Origin: Podarcis melisellensis
Taxonomy: Eukaryota
Strand: one strand, 5' to 3'
DNA: 64,000 bases
Assembly: GCA_964234715.1 (NCBI GenBank)
Contig: OZ174275.1
A program made the position numbers and the translations under genes. The notes below the pieces were generated by a model that was given only the letters and a program-made list of their open reading frames with translations, did not search any database and was not told where the DNA came from. Shown one piece after another: positions 37,127-50,300 of the stretch (the first letter of the stretch is position 1; every line of letters begins with the position of its first letter).

Positions 37127-37308
37127 GTAAGTATTTCCTATTGCAACCATTTCCCTTTCCAGTAAATCTATATACAGTTCAAAATGGCTGATGAATTTGC
37201 AGTTTTATAGAGGTCTTTCTAATTATCTAATTTTTCTCTTGTCGTTTCTCACCCCTGGTAACACTTCTGAGGTTTATCTGTTCAATTTCATGATTTCTTT
37301 TTTCACAG

Positions 37309-37376
37309 AAAAGAAATTAAGGCCTGAGCTTGCCTTTAATGAGGGCAATGAAGACAAATGGATGGCAAATAATATG
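37309..37376 (+). other. Candidate exon
   Basis: tttcttttttcacAG acceptor; donor ATG|GTAAGA; 68 nt. Confidence 0.3.
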
Positions 37377-38747
37377 GTAAGAACAATTTCCTAATAAATA
37401 TAATTTATAGATAGAAAGGATGGAGTCGCCTCCTTAAAAAATACACCTTCATTGTGTTACTTCTATTTTAAGACTTCACGGGGAAAGAATATTGTAAATC
37501 CATGTGCTAGGAGGCCTTGGATAATCATTTATTTTCTTTGGATAAGAGAAATCTTAACTGCAGTAGAACTGAGTAATCCTCCTCCTCCCTAAACCTTTTA
37601 TTGTAGTATACTTCTGTAGTATTCAGTGGGGGCTACCCTGGGTCAAGTGACCTAAGAATTGCAGAACAATGTTTTACTCATTGAAAATTGTTTTTAGATT
37701 GGTAAGAGAGCTCCTGCTTTATCCACTCTGCAATCTCTGGACGTTAGAAGGAATGGGAGATGGCATAGGGGAGAAACACAGTGCTTGGCCCTGTTTTCTT
37801 GGCTTAATAGCAAACTGCCAATAGAAAATAGAGCGTACAGAGTTACCTAGACCTATGGCATGGCATGGGACGAGTTGCAGATTAAAATAGATGGATGCCT
37901 CACTGCCCACCATCTCTTAATAGTTGGCATTCTTCTTGCTCAGGCCAGACCATTAGGTGGTAATATGGGAGGAACTTGAAACTTCTCAAACCTTTTAACC
38001 AATGTACCAGAGACTTTTCATTTTTAGTTAAACATCCCCATGTGTAGTTTAGTTAGTACTTTAGTACTTCAGTTAACCCAGGGATAGGGACTCCCCTCCC
38101 CATTGGTCACACTGCCTAGGGCTGATGCAAGCTAAAGTCCAATACCTGGAGGTCCCCAGATTCTCCTCCTCTGATATAGACATTGATGACCCTATGGAGT
38201 CAACTTGAATCTCCAATGGACACTTGCATGGTGACTTTAGTTTTCAGCTGTCACAATTTCACAAACGTTAATTAGGAAGCATTACTTTAGCACAGGTTTT
38301 GAAACAGTCCTGGTCTCTGCTTGCTCTGTTCTCTGAATAACTCACATTTTGAAAAGTACCTAAATACTTTATGCAAGGAAACAAATGCAGAACGCAGAAG
38401 CTAAAATGCATAACTAAAGGATTTGCTTTGCGGTAGGATTTCCAAAAGCAGGAAATGCTTATAGACCACCAGAAAGCTCTGCTAAAAGTGTCCTTTAAAG
38501 CATACATGGCTTAAGAAAATATAAAATTGGGAGTGGGAAGCTCTTGCAAGCATTAAGAGCATTTTTCGTCACAGATTTCTGGATAGCACACAAATCTAAG
38601 TTCCTAGTTTCAGAATAAGCATGAGCATGCACTGCATTAGTTGTGACCGCCCTGAAATCAAAGCATTAGTTTTGACCTGCTCGTTAATTATAAATGCGGG
38701 TCATGCCACATATTGTTTATTGACCTCCTCAGAATCAATGTAACGTA

Positions 38748-39108
38748 AAGGTAAAGGTACCCCTGCTCATACGGGCCAGTCTTGACAGACTCTAGGGTTG
38801 TGCGCTCATCTCATTCTAGAGGCCGGGAGCCAGCGCTGTCCGCAGACACTTCCGGGTCACGTGGCCAGCGTAACGAAGCTGCTCCGGCGAACCGGCACCA
38901 GAGCAGCACATGGAAACGCCATTTACCTTCCCACTAGAAAGCGGTACCCATTTATCTACTTGCATTTGACATGCTTTCGAACTGCTAGGTGGGCAGGAGC
39001 TGGGACCGAACGACAGGAACGCATCCCGCTGCGGGGATTCAAACCGCCAACCATGCGATCGGCAAGTCCTAGGCACTGAGGTTTTACCCACAGCACCACC
39101 CGCGTCCC
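38748..39108 (-). mobile_element. Sauria SINE, full length
   Basis: Complete head/body/(AAAGGT)n tail; 11-bp TSD AATGTA(A/G)CGTA (38737-38747, 39109-39119). Confidence 0.95.
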
Positions 39109-39268
39109 AATGTAGCGTAGATCATACTAATTCAAGGAATCCAGATGGATGCAGCATGTGTGCCCATTGTCTTACCCAGGTGGAGGGTTGCTATGTGTAT
39201 TATTTTCTTTTGTGAAATGCTTGCCTGTTCTTATTACTGTAAAATATTGCTTTCGTCTTTTTCTTTAG

Positions 39269-39320
39269 AAGCCCTCTCCCCAGGGCCATGAGATCTAAGA
39301 AGATACTTGATGTGAGGGAG
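39269..39320 (+). other. Candidate exon (contains GCCATG, MRSKKILDVRE)
   Basis: ttgctttcgtctttttctttAG acceptor; donor GAG|GTAAGT; 52 nt. Confidence 0.33.
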
Positions 39321-39973
39321 GTAAGTGTGGGTTTTATTTTTCCTCAGAGCAATGCTCATTTAGAATTCACAGGAAGAACTCAAGGAGATATTTGCAACTT
39401 TTCCCCATCACACAAAGTTAATTTAATTTACTAGGAGTTTGATTTTCATGGCAAGGTACTGAGACACCTGGCATGGTTCTTTCTGTGATTTAAATTGTAT
39501 CCACCGGTTCAGATGCTATTATTTGCTTTGCTAGTCGTCTTGGTTCACCTACCATATCATGCAACAAAGGGCAATACCTTCCATGCCTTAAAAAATACCC
39601 AGGAATAATTAACCTCCCAAGTAGTCCTGTATGCTCGTCGTTAAACAAATGCAGAAACAAAGGAGGCCTATAATTAAACTTCACTGAAGGACATTCCTGA
39701 TATGTTCTGAGCTTCTCTGGGTGCTTTTTGTCAGGCTTTGTCTGTTGCTTTCAGGTTTAGGCAGAACGGAACGGAACATTCACATTGCCTTCCAAGCTGT
39801 CCCCATTGTCAGGGCTTCGCAAAAAAAATCTACATGAACTGTATTCAACCCACTCAACCTTTCTCTCTGCTCCACGCAGCCGCCATATGGTGTGACACTT
39901 CAGCATAGCTGCAAAGCTTGTTGTTCCAGGGCAAAAGCCGGGAAAACTTGTTTAGGGAATAATACAACGTTAT

Positions 39974-41100
39974 GAGAGCCAGTGTAGTGTAGTGGTTAAG
40001 AGCAGTGGACTTGTAATCTGGTGAACCGGGTTCGCGTCTCCGCTCCTCCACATGCAGCTGCTGGGTGACCTTGGGCTAGTCACACTTCCCTGAAGTCTCT
40101 CAGCCTCACTCACCTCACAGAGTGTTTGTTGTGGGGGAGGAAGGGAAAGGAGAATGTTAGCCGCTTTGAGACTCCTTAGCAGTGGCGTAGCGTGGGTTGT
40201 CAGCACCCGGGGCAAGGCAAGTAATTTGCGCCCCCTAACCCCTGGATTTTAGCACTCGAGTGCGAGCGCGCCCCCCAGATGTTGCGGCCGGCCCCCCTGC
40301 ACCCCCCACGCTACGCCACTGGGGCTGGGGGCGAGCGAAGGAGCCAAGGACCCCCCCTTAAGGCTCAGCAGGAATTTATTAAATTTATTATTTGCGGCGC
40401 CCCCGCGGGCCGAGGCAGCCAAAGCCCCCTCCCCTCGGGCGCCTCCCCGCCCCCTCCTCTCCTTGGGCTGTAGGTGGAGCCCGCGCTCCGAGGCGCTGCA
40501 GATCGGGGCTTGGCGAGCGCCTCTCCTCCCCCCGGCCTGGACCGGGGGCTTCCAGCCGCGCTCCGTCCTCGCCCGACCCCCCCTCCCCCCGCAGCTGAGA
40601 GTTGCTCTGAGAGCCGGAGCCAGCGGCGCCCCCTTCCGCCGGGAGATCATCGCCCGCCCGCCGGCCTCCTCTCGGAGGGTGTTGGGGAGCGCAGGGCGCG
40701 GCGAGGCCCCTCGGAGCTCTCCTCCCCCCCAGTCGGCAGAAGCAGCCGCCGCCTGTGGCTGGGCTGAGGGGATGGCGGCGGCGGCGGGGTGCGGAGGCTG
40801 CCCGTGCCGGCCAGGCGTTGGTGGTGGCGGCGGCGCTGCTGCAGCGGCTGCTCCTCCTGCGAGCAGTGAGTGGAGCGCAGCCGCAGCAGCGGCGGCGGGG
40901 GGCGCGCGCGCACTAGGGCGCAAGGCTGGCGGTGGCGGCGGGGAGCCCGGCGGAGGAAGGAACTTGTCCCTTCCCTCTGGACTCGCGCCCCCCCCAGAAG
41001 TTGCGCCCGGTGCGGCCGGCACCCCTGGCACCCCCCACACTACGCCACTGCTCCTTAGGGTAGTGATAAAGTGGGATATCAAATCCAAACTCCTCCTCTT
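39974..41100 (+). mobile_element. Squam3-type (MIR/Ther1-derived) SINE split by a hAT insertion (39974-40179 + 41059-41100)
   Basis: A box GTGTAGTGGTTAAGAGC, B box GGTTCGCGTCTC, core GGGTGACCTTGGGCTAGTCAC. The 3' end AGCCGCTTTGAGACTCCTTAG|GGTAGTGATAAAGTGGGATATCAAATCC and CT-rich tail rejoin cleanly when the insert is removed. Confidence 0.9.
40180..41050. mobile_element. Compound non-autonomous hAT (Tip100-like TIR) element carrying GC-rich captured DNA
   Basis: Perfect 8-bp TSD CTCCTTAG (40172-40179, 41051-41058). TIR CAGTGGCGTAGCGTGGG / CCCACACTACGCCACTG. An extra internal right end finishes at 40321. Interior is very GC- and CpG-rich. Confidence 0.92.
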
Positions 41101-41214
41101 ATTACTGGTTGGATATTATAGCCCTAAAGTCAGACTGTGATTGTTCATACTGATAGATTATACTATTCTATTGATTATACTATTCTACTGGATTTCTCCC
41201 TGATTTGGATATTA

Positions 41215-41880
41215 TTATTATTTATTAGATTTGTATACCATTCTTCATTCGACAGTGACAAAATACGTACGGTAATAAAACAGAAAGAAATTAACCCCCC
41301 CTCCCCACAAACACATTTAAAATGCCATAGGACATTTTAAATGGCCAAACCTGGCCCTCCTGCTGTTTTTGGATTACAGCTCCCACCATCCCTAGCTAAC
41401 AGGTCAGGGATGATGGGGATTGTAGTCCAAAAACGGCGGGAGGGCCAGGTTTGGCCACCACTGCCATAGGATGTTAATCAGCCAAAGGCCTAGTTATAGG
41501 GAAATGTTTTCACCTGGTGCCTAAACTTATTTAATGAAGGCAACAAATGCGTTCTCATGTTGCCACCCTTTGGACCTCTTCTGGAGGAGGCACACAAAGA
41601 AGGTCCACAGATGATGGTTGCAGGGTCCAAGCTGGTTCATATGGGGAGAGGCGGTCCTTGAGGTATTGTAGTCCTGAGCCGTTTAAGTATTAATAGGTTA
41701 AAACCAGCACTTTGAATTGGGCCTGGAAACTAATTGGTAGGCAATGCAGTCCAGCCAGAACTGATGTAATATGCTGTCTTGCAATCTGGCCACTGAATTC
41801 TGTACCAACCAGCTTATGTTTATGAAGTATCTTCAGAGGCAGCCCTACATATAATGTGCTGCAATGATCTATGCTCGAGT
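41215..41880 (-). mobile_element. L2 LINE 3' region, interrupted by a hAT MITE
   Basis: TTTATT tail; GGGGAGAGGCGGTCCTTGAGGTA...AAAACCAGCACTTTGAATTGGGCCTGGAAACTAATTGG (LHCLPISFQAQFKVLVLTY on the minus strand). Confidence 0.75.
41333..41463. mobile_element. hAT-type palindromic MITE
   Basis: 8-bp TSD CCATAGGA (41325-41332, 41464-41471); TGGCCAAACCTGGCCCTCC / GGAGGGCCAGGTTTGGCCA inverted arms. Confidence 0.88.
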
Positions 41881-43134
41881 CAATGAGTTATAGATCTGAG
41901 TTACCGGTAGTTATACCCACTGACTATGATTCAAGAAGATTTTTGTGCTACCAGATTTCTTTTCAGTTGACTAGGCTCACCACAGCAAGTGCTAAGAATT
42001 GGTGGAGAATTTTGGATCTAGAATTACAAAATTCTAAGATACGATATTTAAGAAAATGCATTCACCTGAAGAATCAGGTAGAATGTTATCCAAGATGTAC
42101 ATAAATCCTTAAGGTTATAACACATGATCTAGAGGGGGGGGTTAGAGCAAGGGCCATGCTCCCTTAATGGAAACTTTCTGGGGTTAGCACACCTGTGGTG
42201 CTGGGTACCAAAAGCAAAATTTGGTGATGTGACAGGTGTGATTCTTACCTTTGTACATTCCAGTCAGTCAAAATTCAAGGGTTTCTACACACATACACAC
42301 CACATACAAATTTTCCATATTTCATCCAGGCAAGGAAGAAGCATGACCGTACTTCAGTGACGCATTCCAGCCATGCAAAAGCACCTGAGGAAGGCTGATG
42401 AGGGTTGAGGCTTGGAAAGAGTCTCTGGTGGCATATAGAGAGATCAAGTTATTGCCTGTGGGCTGGGGGTTCCATACCCCTGAATTGAGGAAACCTCAGG
42501 GGTTTTGACTGTGACATTAACAGAGAGCTGATAACACTGGCATATGAACTAAATTCAGGTGTAGGTGACTGTATTACATTTAAGCCACTGTTTTATTTTT
42601 CTCCCAACACAGCTTTTGGAGGGGGGGGGTTGCATGAATATTTGCTTATTTTCCTGTATGGTGCTTTCTAGCACACAAAGATGTGTTCATATAAGAGAAG
42701 GCGGATGCATCTCTTTTTAGTATAACACTTCTTGCACGCCAAGTCAGCCAAAAACACCTCCTTGGCTGTTTTTCACAGGTGTTCTAAAAGGAGATGTTTT
42801 ACTAAAAATATACATCATCATCGCCCTGGGCATGTATGCCTCTCCGTATGAGATAGAAAGTAAGCTATGCATGAGTGAAGCTTTCGGGAAAGAAGGGCAG
42901 TATCAGAAAATCACTTTTCATGAGATTGAGGTTGATGCTATGTTTGAGAGGAATAAGGTAATTTGTACTGGGACAATCATGTATATTTCTCAAGATGAGG
43001 TTTGCATAATTGATTCATGTTGAGAAAATAGACATAATCATAATTGCCTAACCAGTTCTTGTTGGTAGTTGTATGGAGAGCAGTAGCAACAATGACTATA
43101 GAGAATTACCAAATCCTATGACGGGGGGGGGGGG

Positions 43135-43510
43135 GCATGACAGAGATGTTTAAGATTATTCATGGTGTGGATAGAAAGGAGCTTCTCCCTTCACTCTCAT
43201 AATACTAGAACCTTGGCCCAATCAATGTACCCAAATATTGGAAGATTCAGGACAGACCAAAGAGAGTACGCTTTTCACACAGTGCTTAGTCCAACTATGG
43301 AACTCACTCACACAGAAGTAATGATGGCTGCCAATATAATGGCTTTAAAAGAGGATTAGACAAATTCATGCAGTCTAAGGCTATCAATGACTACCAATGA
43401 TTGTCAGAGGCAGTATGCCTCTGTATACCAGCTGCTGGGAATGGCAAGAAGGGAGAATGCTGTTTTTCCCCAGGTCCTGCTTATAGGCTTCCCTTAGGCA
43501 TCCAGTTGTC
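43135..43510 (+). mobile_element. CR1 LINE 3' region
   Basis: HNTRT...GRFRTDQR..F..V...W motif region of CR1 ORF2; TTTAAAAGAGGATTAGACAAATTCATG end. Confidence 0.75.
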
Positions 43511-46500
43511 TTCTTATGTTCAGAATTGTATTTGGATTTTTATTTGCAGAAAGAAAGAGGTGACTGAGAAGGAGAGATCATTCTGGAAATTTGGGAACAG
43601 GGGTCTTTTATAAAGAATGGAGAAGTGAAGGGTTGCAGCTTTCTGTTTGATACTGTTGTGGGCATATTTTGATCAGCGAAACAAGAATGGGCACTTATGC
43701 CTGGATGCAAGACGCTGAGGAAATAGAGAACAGTCAAAATTGTACAGGAGACTCTGATAGATATATCATCTTTCCCTCTGGGCCATTGGAGAGATAAATC
43801 TGAAATTTATTCATAATCAAAGCAATTCTGTAAGGAAATAAATGGGTACGAAAAGAAATAGCCCTAACAACAACAACGAGTCAGTAAACACAGAAATTAA
43901 GGAAATAACAGATTGTACATTTTATTCATTTATATTAAAGGCCAATCTTAAAAGGAATACCTAACAAGACCATTAACGATGCAGAGCCCTCATTCTGTGA
44001 TTTTATAGACCCCAAATCATTGCAGTCACTTTTGCTCCATACAGACAGACTTTAATTTCCAAGCATTCAGAGTGTACTGCTTGTACATTTTCAAGTGTTT
44101 ATATGTTAGGAAACCTCATTGTGTTCTAAATTGTACACATGTATGGAACCCAGGTGTGCTTGTTGTGATTTTATAAATATGTGTGTGGGGGGGGGAGAAG
44201 TACTGGGAGAAGTTGCAGTTCTAGATCCAAAATAACTAGCACACCTGGGGTCTATACATATGTGAACAATTGGGAGATTGCCACTAACGTTGTGATGCAT
44301 CTTTAAAAATGCACATATAAAAATATATAAAATCCAACTCATAAGTTTTCCTTAGTGGTAAAATGTACAGTGCTAATGCATAGCCTCTCCAATGAACTAT
44401 TTTAGTGACAGTCTATAATAAAATAATAAAATCATATATGAAAAATTCACACATGCAACCATTACTGCACCTCACCTTTTTCATTCAGAAGCTGGACACA
44501 AAATCTGCCCCCCCCCCAAAAAAAATGTTTTGTGAGGGAGGAGGATAAAAACTACAGTTTTGGTGGCCTAAAACACAGGGATAGCATCACTTGAATAAAG
44601 CATGGATTGGGAAGGTTGTGGGACTTTCTAATCCTAATTAAGGCTGATACAACTAGATAAATGGAACCTCTTGTGTACCAAACCGAAGAACTTGCGGTGC
44701 AAACACTTCCTTTACTATCCCAGGGATGGCCTTATTACATGTTGTCCCTGTTGCAAAGACAGAAAATAGTAACTCTGTAGAAACCACAAAATTAATGTAT
44801 CATCATTGTTTCCATTTACAAGCTCCTTCATTTTTTTCCCTTCAAGACCATAATTTTAGCACTTAAATCTTTGGCTACTTTCCTTTAGAGAAATCCCTGG
44901 ACATACACACTGAAAATGTAATCCTAAGCATTTGTATTGCAGCCAAGAGAACAGGTCATTTTACTTAAGCCTAAAAATTCATCCTTTAGTCTCCTGGTGT
45001 GCATGGATTTTGCAGCACATTAGTTAAAGTCACATATTTTTCAGAGACAAAAAAATAACAGCTTGTTCTTAAACCTCAGCACATTATGGGTTCTTTTAAA
45101 CAGCAAGAAATATGTGGTTTGATTCATACACAGTTATTTTTTGCAGCTTTGCCAGCATAAAACACTTGAGCATGCATCTGCTAGCAAACATTTTGATCTG
45201 TTGTAAAAGACAATCAATGAAATGAGTGTCAGAACATTGTTTCCATATTGCTCCCTAGATTACCATACCCACTGGCCAAATATTACAGCCCAAGCGTGGG
45301 TGTAATTTTATTTTATTTTATTTTAAATGCATGTCACAAAGGTGCAGAAAGTTTGGCTCTTTAATGATCTTGCAAAAGTTGTGACATTTCCAAACTGGCT
45401 GGTTTTATGAGCAACTACTGTATTGAGGTATTTAGTGTGTGGCAGCCCCGCCCCGCAAAAACCCCACCTTTCTTGGGCCAATAATTACCGTACATTATTA
45501 GGTACATGAATGAAACAAGTTGTATCTGTTGGGGGAACTGTGCCCATGATTTCACACTCTGCCTGAGTTGTTGCCCCTTTCTAACCTCTCAGGAATGGGG
45601 TAACTGAAACCAGTCCTTTTTTTTCCTTTAAAAAAATGTTTAAGGGTACTCTCATTTTCCTACTCACATTGAAATACTGCCCCAAACTTAGATTCACAAA
45701 ATGTTTATGGGTATGCATACCCCTGAGTTTCCCCCACTTGTTGGTAGCACTTGTTGGAAATCATTTTGCTGCATTGTAAAATATCCACTTCAGGATCCCA
45801 CCACTTCAACTTGCAGCACTGAATTGCAACAGTTCCATGATTGGGTATGAACTATGTGGAATTATGTCTTTGTCTTATTGGTCTCTTCTGAGTACGGTGC
45901 AGGAACATTCCTACCTCTGCAGCTCTAATGGGCCAGAATGGGCAGGGGATCAGGTACAGCATTTTGTTGATACTGGTACCCTGAAAACCTGGTAAACACT
46001 TTTCTTAGTTGCTGTTCCAGTACTGGATTTCATAGGACTGGCCTGTAAGCCAGACTAACAGTAAATTGCATTGTTTTACAATCTGCTTTCCAGTATCATC
46101 ACTGCTTCATGAATCTTCAGTACTCGTTTCTTTTTCACCCCCAATCATAAGAGATCCAGCTGTCCCTGGAATTTTTCCATTGAAATTGAGTCAGATCCTT
46201 GCCATTGTCAATATGTACTTTTGTGAAGGTTTGGAAGAGATTCCTTAAGTGGAATTGGAGGTTTCTAATTTGTATTTTATATGGCTCATTGTTATGCTAA
46301 TGAAATCACAATGAAACAGCACCAGATGCAGTTTTACTGCCATGTACATGGTTCCTATTTCAAGAATATCCCATTGTGCTGAGTGGCTAATTGACTTACA
46401 ATATGACTGATGAGTGCAGTATGCTTTAGACTCATTTCCAGCAGTTTCAGCTGTTATCACACCATATTTATAGATATTCTGGAAATATATAGGAAGAAAT

Positions 46501-46556
46501 GCCTGCTGAATTATTAGTAGTCTCCTGCCTATTGTGGTAGTCAATAGAGAGTATAG

Positions 46557-46692
46557 GGACATAGGAGGTTGCCTTATAGCAAGTCAGACCATTGGCCCAT
46601 CCAGATCAGTATTGTCTACTCTGACTGTCAGCAGCCCTCTAGCATTTCAGACAGGAGGCATTCCCAATCCTACATTGAGATTCTGGGGATTA
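46557..46692 (-). mobile_element. SINE fragment of the same family as 59824-60058
   Basis: ACATAGGA.G.TGCCTT...TCAGACC.TTG...CATC.AG.TCAGTATTGTCTAC.CTGACTG shared between the two copies. Confidence 0.7.
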
Positions 46693-46694
46693 AA

Positions 46695-46890
46695 CATAGA
46701 ATCATAGACTTGTAGAGTTGGACCCTGATCGTCATCTAATCGAACCCCCAGAAATCTCAAGCATGCAAAACTGGTGGCCATCCAATTTCAACTTGGAAAA
46801 CCACCAATGAAAGAGAGTCCTCCACCACCTGAGGGAGTCTGTTCCACTGTTGAACAGCTGTTACCATCAGAAAGTTTCCTAAATCAGTGT
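46695..46890 (-). mobile_element. CR1 LINE 3' fragment
   Basis: CATAGAATCATAGA...TGGCCATCCAA...GAGTCCTCCACCACCTGAGGGAGTCTGTTCCACTGTTGAACAGC. Confidence 0.8.
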
Positions 46891-46998
46891 GAGGAATGAG
46901 GGTGTGTTGTTGAGTGTTGTGCATAGAGTGGGGGGAAAGTACTTTCAGTCTCACATGTATTTCCACATTGTTGATCACTATTCCTTTGAAAGGGGGGG

Positions 46999-47359
46999 TA
47001 AAGGTAAAGGTACCCCTGCCCGTACGGGCCAGTCTTGACAGACTCTGGGGTTGTGCGCCCATCTCACTTAAGAGGCCAGGGGCCAGCGCTGTCCGAAGAT
47101 ACTTCCAGGTCACGTGGCCAGCGTGACATCGCTGCTCTGGTGAGCCAGAGCCGCACACGGAAACGCCGTTTACCTTCCCGCTGGTAAGCGGTCCGTATTT
47201 ATCTACTTGCACCCGGAGGTGCTTTCGAACTGCTAGGTTGGCAGGTGCTGGGACCGAGCAGCGGGAGCGCACCCCGCCGCAGGGATTCGAACCGCCGACC
47301 TTTCGATCGGCAAGTCCTAGGCGCTGAGGCTTTAACCCACAGCGCCACCTACGTCCCCC
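46999..47359 (-). mobile_element. Sauria SINE, young full-length CpG-rich copy
   Basis: Intact A/B boxes (minus GTGGCGCTGTGG; GGTTCGAATCC); near-TSD GAAAG(G/A)GGGGG (46988-46998, 47360-47370). Confidence 0.95.
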
Positions 47360-50300
47360 GAAAGAGGGGGGAACAGTAAGTAAAAGGAAGCAAGTGAGCA
47401 TGATCCTCATATTGTCTTTTATATGAGGAAAAGAAAATCCATACAGTCCCTTTGATTACTCCCTAATAAACCATTGCTCACTTCCATTCCTTCTCCTGCT
47501 AGCATGTTAAAACTACAGCAAATCACTGATCTTGCAAGACAAACAATGTGCCATCCATTTTAGAAACTATTATCCTTTGCTGTTGACGAAAGAGTGCCTT
47601 TTGTGTCTGGCTTTTGGAAACCAAGCTACATTGATATGCAATTCATAGAAGTTCAATTATGCCTCTGATGAAAACAATTACAGCTGGAATTTAAAAGTAC
47701 AGATTAAAAGGTTTGAATACTTGGCAAAAGTGATTTTAAGAAATATTAAAAGTAAATGGCTTTTTAATTCTATGAATTCATCAATTTGTAAGTTAATGAA
47801 ATTAATGAAGCAAGAAATGAAATGGAAATTCTAGAAGTTTGCAGGCCTGTACTTAGTTTTCTGTCTATGCAAAGTCCTAGAATAGGCATTTACCACCACT
47901 AAGAGCTAAAGGTAATGAATAGCTTCATTTGAACACTAATTCAATTATACAACTCTCTTCCCTCCCCTTTCCCATCCACCAAATAATTTACAAATGTCTG
48001 AAGCCGACGATGGTTGGACTTTCTTTTCTGACCAGCAGAAATCTGGGAACAAACACAATGGCCCTGATCCAGCAAAAGTTAGTCCCACTGAAGTCCCACT
48101 GAAAGCAATGGAGAAAAGGGAGTTTAGACTAACTTCTATTCTAGTGGTTTTAGTTAAGTTTAGTTGAATTGGCACAGTTAAGTTTAGTTGAATTGGCACA
48201 ACCGTAAATATAAAGGCTGTAATACATAGGTTGAAACTAGAGAACTATTGCTAAGGCTTCTGTACAGGTCCACACATTCCCTCCTTACTCTGAATAACAA
48301 TATTAACTAAGTTTTGTGCTTTTTCCTTTATATTGCAATGACTCTACTGAGAGGTGACACTTTCTACATTATGGAGTGTGAACAGTAACACAATACCCAG
48401 AGAAAAGATTTCTTGCCGCATTTTTATTAGGAAGTGGGGAGTGATGAAGAGAGGTCCAAAGGCATTTGCTATAATTTCTTATTCTTTTCAACTTAGTTGC
48501 CAAAGGGAAATTTCAAGAAAGAACAAGAAATAAACTACAAACAGAACTTCAGATTCATAAAGCCTTGAAGTTGGGGCTTTATTTTTTTTAAATTTTGTTC
48601 TGATACACAATGTATCCATTTTATGAATCTAGCCATCATCCACCACTCACAACCACCCTAACCCTAACCCTGCTGAGTAATAAAATTAAACTTTATATGA
48701 GGGGACAACTTTTCAAGTTTGCAGTGGGCTTACTGTACATGGGCCTATGTATGATGCAGCCAGTAGTACTTTCCGTTTTTCATTGCCGTACCTAGATCCT
48801 AGCCCTGACGAGATTTAGATTTCTAAAACTGGGTAAAATTGCTACTTTGCCCAAAACAAAACACTATTCTAGTTTCAAAGAATATTTCTGTGATGATCTT
48901 TCAGATTTTCACATTAAAGGAATGTGTTGATCTTTGATGTCTTTGACCATGTTCAGTTTGAAGCAGTCTTCATCCATTTCAAATAATTACAAAAACTGTA
49001 ATATCTCTTTGTGATATTTTCTTTTTTTTATTTAAACATTGAAGTCATACATTGTGTCTGACTAGTGCGTGACCTAATCTGTGTCTTGCATCTCTGGTTC
49101 TCATGTTATTGTTGTTGCTATTATAACTGTATCTCTCTCTATAGCTTTTCATTCGTATGCCGCATTATCTTGGCAGCAGCAAAGTAATCTCTGTTTTAAT
49201 CATATAATTAAACTACAAGAAAATGTTGTTCTGCATCATCAAAAACTGATAAATATGTATTATAAAAGGGTGTGAGCCGTGGTGTTAAAGTAAATGGAAC
49301 CTGCACACAATAACTTGATTAATCATTTTTCTCTCTTTGGTGAATCTTAAAATCGAGTTACTTTTGAAAGAATTTAACCTTGATAGAGAAAATTCTTCTG
49401 TAATATTAGTTAAAATGCTGTAATAAATGTATTCTATGAGGTTGGATCAAGGGTTCCATAGGATTTTGGTGGGACACTCTGGAACTGGGTAAAGGCTTGC
49501 AAGATGAAAACAATTACAACCGTAGTCATAAGGAATAAATAGAACATCAGAAAATACACAACCAAACTGAACAATTTCCACATAAATCATAATAAGATTG
49601 AAAATAAAGATACAAAAAATAATATAAAAAGCACCAACAACAACCTCCTCCCCCACAACCAAAAACACTAATAAGCATCTGATTAGTAGTCAGAGAATGA
49701 GCAGTCTATTTAATATTTTTAAAGTAATTTTTGTTGTGGTAATTAGGAACTTAAGAAGCCAAGATATAACGATACAGTACAGAAAATATTTTTCCGAATC
49801 TTAAATCAAAGATATTTTTAAACTGTAATTATTATCACTACCAGCTTTTTTGACATGCACTTGCATTTCTCAACCCCATACAAGTTTTCTTTAAGTATTG
49901 CAATTAGCTAAGCTTGAATATAAAACTAATTGTGCTGAACTGATAAAGAATTTCGTGTTTAACTTCCACTTGATTTTTTAAAAAAATAAAATAAAAAATG
50001 TTTTAAAACAATTTATGGAGTTTTCAAGAAAATATTACATCATTCCAAGTAATTTGGTATATGTATAGCATACGTTTCATGCTTTGTTCCCTCATATAAA
50101 ATTATTCTTTAAAATGTGCAGGTAGTATTAGACAGCTGAAGTCAACTCATTTTCACGTTAACCAAAAATGACTCTATAAATTGCTGAAACCAAACAAACT
50201 TTTTCTGGTTTGTTGTGAGAGCAATAGGAAAGGGGATTGCCACTATGACAGGGAAATAAGGAGATAAGACAGAAATTTGAGTGAAAGTGGGTTGGGTTTA

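Noticed and set aside
40249-41140. Long Ala/Gly/Pro-rich ORFs (279 aa minus, 225 aa plus) and an apparent CpG-island gene start
   Set aside because: The ORFs run across the TIR, TSD and SINE boundaries and reflect stop-codon scarcity in GC-rich DNA. The island is cargo of a transposon, not a native gene start here.
46757-47410. 217-aa ORF
   Set aside because: Read-through of a Sauria SINE, unique DNA and a CR1 fragment.
48655-48671. Interstitial telomeric repeat (CCCTAA)n
   Set aside because: Only about 2.5 units; not significant.
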